From a virus: 11,898 nt of DNA. Location: the IMG/VR virus record IMGVR_UViG_3300045988_036506; one strand, 5' to 3'. Positions 1 through 5,344 of the stretch are shown piece after piece. The translations under genes were made by a program, and so were the position numbers. Each line of letters opens with the position of its first letter. The first letter of the stretch is position 1. The notes below the pieces were generated by a model that was not told where the DNA came from, searched no databases, and saw only the letters and a program-made list of their open reading frames with translations.

Positions 1-62
1 AAAGGTACACTAGGCACCCAAATTTAACATTTCCCAACAAAATTTAACTCTAATTAAAACAG

Positions 63-164
63 TTTGGCACGCTTTTTGCTGCGAGCCGGATTTACGATTC
101 TTTAACACACTTTGGCACACTTTGGCACGCTTTTTGCTGCGAGCCGGATTTACGATTCTTTAAC
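63..164. repeat. 44-bp perfect direct repeat inside the ITR, 2 copies (63..106 and 121..164); mirrored at 11735..11836
   Basis: TTTGGCACGCTTTTTGCTGCGAGCCGGATTTACGATTCTTTAAC is read twice. A third partial TTTGGCAC lies at 111..118 between the copies. Confidence 0.95.
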
Positions 165-218
165 GCATTTAACGCATTTAACACATTTAACACATTTAAC
201 ACATTTAACACATTTAGC
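165..218. repeat. 9-bp tandem repeat array, 6 units, inside the ITR; mirrored at 11681..11734
   Basis: The units are GCATTTAAC x2, ACATTTAAC x3 and ACATTTAGC x1, head to tail. Isolated ATTTAAC copies also occur at 22..28 and 42..48. Confidence 0.95.
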
Positions 219-258
219 ACACCGTTACTTTTGTTAAACTTTCACAAAAATAATGTTT

Positions 259-308
259 CAAATGTTTCACGTGGAACAGTGGCGACAAATGTTTCACGTG
301 AAACAAAT
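259..308. promoter_or_regulatory. Two copies of the CACGTG-centred motif (reverse complement of CACGTGAAACATTT) in ITR-L, a putative protein-binding site
   Basis: CAAATGTTTCACGTGGAACA lies at 259..278 and AAATGTTTCACGTGAAACAAATG at 288..308. GTTTCACGTGAAAC at 291..304 is a perfect 14-bp palindrome. The two cores are 27 bp apart and lie about 60-110 bp upstream of the left promoter. Confidence 0.6.
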
Positions 309-367
309 GAGGGGTGAATTGTTAAAAAGATTAAAATTAAAACTTTTACACTATTTAACAAAAATAA

Positions 368-399
368 TTTGGTGGTTTCGTAAAAAAGTCGTATCTTTG
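368..399 (+). promoter_or_regulatory. Left-arm promoter, Bacteroidota sigma-A type (-33 TTTG, -7 TAtcTTTG)
   Basis: TTTG lies at 368..371, followed by a 20-nt spacer and TATCTTTG at 392..399. This matches the published Bacteroides consensus TTTG/TAnnTTTG. A near-identical copy sits at the right end and a third at 6637..6668. Confidence 0.65.
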
Positions 400-445
400 C
401 AACGTGATTAAGAAAAAGAAGTCAAACCCCTTAAAATATAAAATT

Positions 446-691
446 ATGGCAAAGTACAAATTTAATGTTAACGTTGATATAACATCTTTCAAAGGTGATA
501 ACGTTGCAACAACTGAAACAGTTACATTATCAAATTATGGTAATGATAACAAAGGTTTTAAAACCTTACATGATGCAAAAAATTTCTTTAAAGAAATTGT
601 AGAATCTTTGGCATCTAGCGACAACAAAGAAGACGTTTCATACATTATCAAAGATAATAAAAACTTTCTTTGGTTTATTATGATAAAGTGA
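446..691 (+). CDS. Hypothetical small protein (81 aa), first gene of the left arm
   Basis: This is ORF 404..691 trimmed to the ATG at 446 (MAKYKFNV...). The GTG at 404 lies at or upstream of the predicted transcription start, just after the -7 box at 392..399. I recognise no motifs. Confidence 0.55.
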   Translation: MAKYKFNVNVDITSFKGDNVATTETVTLSNYGNDNKGFKTLHDAKNFFKEIVESLASSDNKEDVSYIIKDNKNFLWFIMIK

Positions 692-743
692 ATAGAGAGT
701 TCATAAATAGAGAATATAAAGTTGTAAGAATTTAAGTTTAACC

Positions 744-769
744 GCCTGTAAGGTCCACCCCTTACAGGC
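744..769 (+). terminator. Stem-loop (10-bp perfect stem, 6-nt loop), a possible attenuator or weak terminator
   Basis: GCCTGTAAGG tccacc CCTTACAGGC is followed by TTAAAATAA, which is only a weak U-tract. It sits between the 81-aa ORF and the downstream ORF and endolysin. Confidence 0.5.
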
Positions 770-785
770 TTAAAATAACTGATAT

Positions 786-995
786 ATGGGATATTCATAT
801 TTTAGAATCACATTGAAACAAGCCGATAAAGTTACGGTTTTTATGGTACGCTCTGACAAACTAAGCGAGTTCTTCAATAATAAGATTGATTACTTACAGG
901 GCGATTGTTCAATAACAATTAAGGGGCGTTTTCCAACGCACAAAGATTCTCGCAAGTGGTTTTTAGTTCCACCAACAGAAAGTAAATATTTTTAG
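786..995 (+). CDS. Hypothetical protein (69 aa)
   Basis: The ORF fills the gap between the hairpin and the endolysin gene with tight spacing (21 nt to the next ATG). It has no recognisable motifs and no transmembrane segment. Confidence 0.4.
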   Translation: MGYSYFRITLKQADKVTVFMVRSDKLSEFFNNKIDYLQGDCSITIKGRFPTHKDSRKWFLVPPTESKYF

Positions 996-1015
996 TTCAA
1001 CAAATAATATGTTAT

Positions 1016-1441
1016 ATGAAAAAGATTAAGTATTTTAAATTGTCTGAGTTTATCAACTCAGCAACTGCAAAACGTTTGGGTATTGATAATATGCCATCGT
1101 TTGAAGTAGTTGACAACTTGAATCGTTTGGCTGATTATTTAGACGGTATTCGTGCAAAGTTGGGTAAGCCTATTTTAATTAGTAGTGGGTATCGTTGCCC
1201 GATGCTTAATAAGGCGGTCGGGGGTGTTGTTAACAGCCAACACCAAAAAGGTTTAGCTGCTGATTTGGTTTGTGCTGATATGAAATCTTTGGAAAAGGTT
1301 CTCAGAGAAACAGGCGGTTTTGACCAACTTATTAAAGAACACCGCAAAGGTTCTCCGAACTCGTTTTGGTTTCACGTTTCAGTTTGTGCACGCAACGGCA
1401 AACCACGAAATCAAATAATTATGAATCTAGAAAAGAAATGA
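1016..1441 (+). CDS. Endolysin, zinc peptidase M15 family (D-Ala-D-Ala carboxypeptidase or L-Ala-D-Glu peptidase-like, Peptidase_M15_3 type)
   Basis: The translation shows FKLSEF...TA..LGIDN.P, then SGYRCPMLNKAVGGVVNSQHQKGLAADL (the H-x6-D zinc-ligand motif) and a distal WFHVS histidine. This is the characteristic layout of phage M15 peptidoglycan peptidases. There is no signal peptide or transmembrane segment. Confidence 0.88.
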   Translation: MKKIKYFKLSEFINSATAKRLGIDNMPSFEVVDNLNRLADYLDGIRAKLGKPILISSGYRCPMLNKAVGGVVNSQHQKGLAADLVCADMKSLEKVLRETGGFDQLIKEHRKGSPNSFWFHVSVCARNGKPRNQIIMNLEKK

Positions 1442-1481
1442 AAGAACATTTTCAACTTTTGAAAGATTCTATTTCACTAAC

Positions 1482-1522
1482 AAAGAAAACAGGTGGTAAC
1501 AACTTTACCACCTGTTTTCTTT
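1482..1522. terminator. Bidirectional intrinsic terminator between the convergent arms
   Basis: AAAGAAAACAGGTGGTA (1482..1498), loop acaactt, then TACCACCTGTTTTCTTT (1506..1522) form a perfect 17-bp stem. The A/T-rich arm ends supply a U-tract in both directions. The right arm abuts the stop codon of the minus-strand 510-aa gene. Confidence 0.85.
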
Positions 1523-3054
1523 TATAAATAAACGCCTGTTTCCAACTGATTTATAATATCGTTGTACTCGTCAACTAACAAATTTGCAGCGTTCAAATTC
1601 ACGTTTTCAAACTGTGCAAACCCTGTAACGTCTTTTACTGTTACGTTTTCCTGTGTGTTGTTTACAGGAACGTTTACGGTTAAATTTTCAGTAATTAAAA
1701 CGTAAGGTTCTAAACCGTACAAAATTTGTTCGTTCCATTGTTCACCGCCAACAACGTTTAAATCTGTGCCCAAACGGTAAATAACATCACGTGACAACGA
1801 AAAACTTTCAAGTTGGAACGTTACACCATCACACGACAACAACGCCACGGCATCACCTGTAATCACGTTTACTTTGATAGATAAATTAATCGTTTTACCG
1901 ATGTAATTATTATCAATAGAAACAACGCCACGGCACGGGATAAACATTTGAATCTGTGCGTTATAGTCTTCATTATTGCCGTTTGCACCTGTTAGTTCAA
2001 CGTTGCCGAAATCAAGTAACATTATGTCACTTTCGGGGTATTTAACCGTTATGCCCGTGTTGTAGTTACCGCATTTCAAAACATCGTCACCGCCAACAGG
2101 AACGGGTGCAAAGATTCTTTTAATACGGTTCACATATTCACCCAAATTCACCTCAGAATAAGTTGTGCCCGTATCGCTTTCGCCCGTTGGCTTAAAGAAA
2201 CGTTTCTTTGCGAACTCGTCTAAGTTTTCCAACGTAACGATATAAACGTTTATTGCACCGTAATTTTTAATCGTTGGCGGTTGCACTACATCGGCATTTG
2301 CATAAACCGTTAAATCTGTTGCACCCGATGTTAATTTAAATGTTACAGTGCCCGTTTGCTTATCTTCTGAAATTGTGCCGTTACTTACAACTGTATTACC
2401 GTTGTTATTAGTGAAATTTGCCTGTATCTCGGTTAATTCCGCATTCGGGTTCGCTTTGAAATTAAACGTGTAACTTTGCCTCGTCTTCACTTTTACGGGT
2501 TTATCGCCTACAATTTCGCAATTTGTCAAACTGTAATCTACTGCGATATAATTACCCAAAAGATATTCACCGTTTATAATAACCGATTCCGTTGCAATAG
2601 GAACAATAATTGTTGCCGTTTGGTCGTTAACGGTCATATTGTATGTTTCACCCCCGTAAGTTATTGTAGGTGTACCGTTAAACATTCCCTGTGCCTTTCC
2701 CTCAACTGTTACGGTGTAATTTGTTTTACTTGCCACCGCTTTTGCAGTAGTGTTTGCAATATTGTTCGTTATTTGCAGTTCCTTTGCACCAGAAACAAAT
2801 TTACCTGTTATTGTGATTTCGTCATCGCTAGAGCAATAAACAGTAAGTGTTGCAACGTTGCCCGAAACATTAAACGGTGTATCTTCAATCCAATAGCCAT
2901 CCCAATTTTGATAACTAGCTTTTAAATCGGTAAATGTTCCATCACCGTTGCCCGTTACCGTTATATCGAAATGGTTGGAATCTGCTCCCTGTTTGTCGGT
3001 TATTGTAACGTCACCCGTTAACCCCGTTGTATCATAAGTTAATAAATTAGCCAT
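1522..3054 (-). CDS. Tail or receptor-binding structural protein (510 aa), last gene of the late operon
   Basis: This is the largest structural ORF. The N-terminal ~260 aa is T/N/G/V-rich, beta-strand-like, and appears to form about three tandem modules that each end in an alternating pattern (DEITITGKF, ESVIINGEY, ATDLTVYANAD). The C-terminal ~250 aa is a distinct domain. The functional call is positional and compositional only. Confidence 0.55.
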   Translation of the reverse strand: MANLLTYDTTGLTGDVTITDKQGADSNHFDITVTGNGDGTFTDLKASYQNWDGYWIEDTPFNVSGNVATLTVYCSSDDEITITGKFVSGAKELQITNNIANTTAKAVASKTNYTVTVEGKAQGMFNGTPTITYGGETYNMTVNDQTATIIVPIATESVIINGEYLLGNYIAVDYSLTNCEIVGDKPVKVKTRQSYTFNFKANPNAELTEIQANFTNNNGNTVVSNGTISEDKQTGTVTFKLTSGATDLTVYANADVVQPPTIKNYGAINVYIVTLENLDEFAKKRFFKPTGESDTGTTYSEVNLGEYVNRIKRIFAPVPVGGDDVLKCGNYNTGITVKYPESDIMLLDFGNVELTGANGNNEDYNAQIQMFIPCRGVVSIDNNYIGKTINLSIKVNVITGDAVALLSCDGVTFQLESFSLSRDVIYRLGTDLNVVGGEQWNEQILYGLEPYVLITENLTVNVPVNNTQENVTVKDVTGFAQFENVNLNAANLLVDEYNDIINQLETGVYL

Positions 3055-3056
3055 AA

Positions 3057-3500
3057 TTAAACGTTACCCTTAATTGTTACCATAATAATGTTACCCGTTT
3101 CATTCAGCAAATCTTTATTCGGAAAATCTAGTTTTCTGATATTCGGGCGAACATCAACCACATTTGAACGGTTTGAAAGATATTTGTTTCCGTTCTCGCT
3201 TTTTGTTAACGTTGCAGTACTGTTTAAGATAATATCCTTATAAGTAAAAAGAACGTCAACACGCAAACGAACGGTGCAAATATCGCCATCCTGTTGTTTT
3301 TCCGAAACGAAATAATAACGATTCAAACTTTCGATGTAAACGTAATTAAACGTAACAGGCGTGCGAGTTCTGAAACGAACAACAGGCGTTAACACGTTGA
3401 ACGTTGCATTTAATACGCCCGTGTATTCTTCGTTTGCCTGTAAATTCTTGTTTACTTCGTTGGGTTTGCCGTCGTAAACGAAAGTTTTAATTTTAATCAT
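3057..3500 (-). CDS. Hypothetical structural (tail or head-tail joining) protein, 147 aa
   Basis: This is ORF 3057..3539 trimmed to the ATG at 3500..3498 (MIKIKTFVYDG...). The TTG at 3539 lies inside the terminator hairpin at 3518..3554. The gene sits between the capsid and tail genes. Confidence 0.6.
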   Translation of the reverse strand: MIKIKTFVYDGKPNEVNKNLQANEEYTGVLNATFNVLTPVVRFRTRTPVTFNYVYIESLNRYYFVSEKQQDGDICTVRLRVDVLFTYKDIILNSTATLTKSENGNKYLSNRSNVVDVRPNIRKLDFPNKDLLNETGNIIMVTIKGNV

Positions 3501-3517
3501 ACCACTAAAAGTTAAAA

Positions 3518-3554
3518 GGGGGCATTCCTGTGCTATCAACTACAGGAACACCCC
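3518..3554 (-). terminator. Intrinsic terminator or attenuator just downstream of the major capsid gene
   Basis: The minus-strand RNA would read GGGGUGUUCCUGU-aguugauagc-ACAGGAAUGCCCC followed by UUUUAACUUUU. Partial termination after the capsid gene is a common arrangement. Confidence 0.7.
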
Positions 3555-3572
3555 AACAGTTAAACAACCAAA

Positions 3573-4757
3573 TTAGGCTACAAAGAACACGACAAAATTC
3601 TCGTTTGTGTCATTGAAGTAACCTGCATCGAATTTGTAGTAATTGTTAAAAAATTCTGCTTTGGCGTTGTAGTTGGTTGTTACTCGCTTATCTAAGTTTG
3701 TAACACCGAGAGCGTCACGGTCAAACATCACGCCCAAAACGCCACCGATAGAAACGGTCGCACCGCTTGCAGATTTCACATCTACCTTTGAAACGTTGGC
3801 GAAAGCGTAATCTTTTCCCGATGCTTGCCAACTTGCAACGGTTTCAGCCTGTGGCAAAAGAACATTCTCGTTATGGAATGTATCTGCATACAGGTAGGTT
3901 TTTGCAGCTGCTGCAAAGTCGGACAAAAGAACGGTGTGCAAAACGTCTTTTGGTGTGAAACGTTCCTTACCGCCAACGTTGAACAAAGTTGAAATTGTTT
4001 GCAAACGGTCGGCATACAAGCCCATCATATATGCAGCAAAACGGATAAAATCGGGGGTTGTTACCGCAACATTTGCAGCCAACGATGCACCAGTCTTCTC
4101 GTTGTAAAGTTTCAACAGGTTAACACAACGAACGGTTGATGCACTAGCATAATCAACTTTTTCGTTAGTTGATGCAACGAAACCGAATGCGGCCTTGTCG
4201 GCATCCAGCGTTTCAGCAATCATATTGTTAATCGTGCGCATAATAAGAGCATCGGTCTTGATAGTCATTGACTTCTCAACTGCTGAATAAATCATTGACA
4301 AAAAGCCATTCAGCTGTTCTGCGCTGCTGAAAGATTCCCTTACCTGTCGTTCGGTGATAGACACGGGAACTTCAAAAGTTACCTTTGAGTTAAAGAACTT
4401 AGCTGAAACGGTCGGTTTGTGGAACACGTCTTGGCTGTATTCCTTACCGTCAGTAAGATTCCACGTGTCGTTCTCTTCTGCTTTGGGAACGTCAGCGGAA
4501 ATTTTTTCCAATACAGACCCAAATTCCCAAGCATCCATCAACACGCTAGGAACTTTACCCGAATAAGGGCGGTTAACGAAAATCACTTTGCCGATGTGGT
4601 TTACAAGTGATTTCACGTAATTGTCAACGGCTTTCTGATTAAACACCTCATTACCCAAATCAACAATACCTGTAAGGTCTTCATGTACCAAATCGGTTTT
4701 GCCTAAAACTTCACCTGAAACGCTATTAATAAGCGTGTAAATTTGCTTTACTTCCAT
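3573..4757 (-). CDS. Major capsid protein (HK97-fold, phi29 gp8-like N-terminal and core regions)
   Basis: The 394-aa product lies downstream of the portal. DNYVKSLVNHIGKVIF and FSSAEQLNGFLSMIYSAVEKSMTIKTDALIMRTI resemble my recollection of phi29 gp8 ([47 protein letters not shown]). There is no Ig-like C-terminal extension. Confidence 0.78.
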   Translation of the reverse strand: MEVKQIYTLINSVSGEVLGKTDLVHEDLTGIVDLGNEVFNQKAVDNYVKSLVNHIGKVIFVNRPYSGKVPSVLMDAWEFGSVLEKISADVPKAEENDTWNLTDGKEYSQDVFHKPTVSAKFFNSKVTFEVPVSITERQVRESFSSAEQLNGFLSMIYSAVEKSMTIKTDALIMRTINNMIAETLDADKAAFGFVASTNEKVDYASASTVRCVNLLKLYNEKTGASLAANVAVTTPDFIRFAAYMMGLYADRLQTISTLFNVGGKERFTPKDVLHTVLLSDFAAAAKTYLYADTFHNENVLLPQAETVASWQASGKDYAFANVSKVDVKSASGATVSIGGVLGVMFDRDALGVTNLDKRVTTNYNAKAEFFNNYYKFDAGYFNDTNENFVVFFVA

Positions 4758-4774
4758 TTTATAAAATTTAAGTA

Positions 4775-5344
4775 TTAATAAATATCTATTGTTAACTCTT
4801 TTGCAAGTTCTGCGATAACTTGCATTTTGAAATTTGTTCTTCTGAGAATCATTTCTTTTTGAACAATTTCACTAACAGGAACACCATTCGGCAAACTGTT
4901 CTTAACAGTTGTTTTCGTGCTCGTTTCTTGTCGGTTTCCTGTGGAATCTCTTTGCTGCTTTGTGTCATTTCCGAAATCTCCATTATTAAACGTTACACTT
5001 GAATCGACCGTGCTATTATTACCTGTTTCGTCAACGGTGTTATTTGTTGTTTCCGTCAACTTTTCAGTAACAGGGTTTAATGGGTCATATTCGTTATTAA
5101 ACACTTGAATTTGTTTTTGCCATTCGTCAAACTTAACTGCTATGATACTTTTTACAATATCATTTGCAGTTTCGGGCGTAACGGCATTTACCAGCGTTCT
5201 GTTTCCATATTTGAAACGAAAATCAATATCAATCAAAAGCGGGTCATCTTCATTAAATATTGATTTGTACAAAGCAGGAAACAGGGGTTTAAAGATTTTT
5301 TCAAACAAACCATTTTCACCCGTGAAAAGTTCATTAATTGTCAT
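4775..5344 (-). CDS. Structural-module protein (189 aa), possibly a scaffolding or head-completion protein
   Basis: It lies between the portal and capsid genes, the canonical scaffold position. The middle is polar and low-complexity (N/T/S/D/Q-rich). The start overlaps the portal stop by 11 nt. No diagnostic motif was found. Confidence 0.55.
   Translation of the reverse strand: MTINELFTGENGLFEKIFKPLFPALYKSIFNEDDPLLIDIDFRFKYGNRTLVNAVTPETANDIVKSIIAVKFDEWQKQIQVFNNEYDPLNPVTEKLTETTNNTVDETGNNSTVDSSVTFNNGDFGNDTKQQRDSTGNRQETSTKTTVKNSLPNGVPVSEIVQKEMILRRTNFKMQVIAELAKELTIDIY

Larger units (their letters stand above)
1..317. repeat. Left inverted terminal repeat (ITR-L), 317 bp
   Basis: By manual base-by-base comparison, 1..317 equals the reverse complement of 11582..11898 exactly. 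Identity stops after GGGGTGA at 311..317 (left continues ATTGTT, right arm continues TGTTAC). The terminus is 5'-AAAGGTAC, with a reiterated terminal A. Confidence 0.97.

Noticed and set aside
165-218. The short tandem repeat array could be mistaken for a CRISPR-like array.
   Set aside because: The units are 9 bp and directly abutting with no spacers. The array lies inside an ITR and is mirrored at the other end, and there are no cas genes. It is an iteron-like tandem repeat.
1-317. The terminal inverted repeats could be the ends of a transposon, IS element, casposon or Polinton-like integrating element.
   Set aside because: No transposase, integrase or Cas1 is encoded. The element instead carries a protein-primed PolB with an adjacent terminal protein candidate plus portal, capsid and packaging genes, and its ends begin with AAA as in phi29. 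ITRs of a linear protein-primed phage genome are the simpler reading.
404-445. The GTG start at 404 given by the ORF track for the first left-arm ORF (95 aa).
   Set aside because: The -7 promoter box ends at 399, so transcription should begin at about 405-408. That leaves no leader for a start at 404. The in-frame ATG at 446 (MAKYKF...) is preferred.
1-445. A phi29-type packaging RNA (pRNA) gene in the left terminal non-coding region.
   Set aside because: I could not find a promoter plus a convincing ~120-170-nt multi-helix fold by eye. The region is mostly direct repeats. It is kept only as a hypothesis under the ATPase finding and not annotated as a feature.
1788-1793. Isolated CACGTG hexamers inside coding regions (about 1788, 4463, 8826 and 10415) as additional regulator sites.
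   Set aside because: They lack the extended AAACATTT flank shared by all six non-coding copies, so they may simply be chance or half-site occurrences.
2476-2925. A 149-aa plus-strand ORF antisense to the 510-aa tail gene. Similar antisense or off-frame ORFs lie at 535..798, 1135..1347, 3767..3958, 3782..4015, 4354..4566, 4419..4610, 4820..5002, 4917..5108, 6134..6340, 6744..6932, 6793..7014, 7081..7284, 8907..9113, 9361..9702, 9715..9981, 10127..10390 and 11049..11237.
   Set aside because: All lie wholly inside longer ORFs with recognisable phage motifs or coherent operon context. Their translations are Cys/Phe/Arg-rich or low-complexity, as is typical of shadow frames. None has its own promoter or intergenic space.
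3501-3539. The TTG start at 3539 given by the ORF track for the 160-aa ORF.
   Set aside because: The codon lies inside the terminator hairpin at 3518..3554 that follows the capsid gene. The ATG at 3500 sits just after the hairpin's U-tract and gives a 147-aa product.
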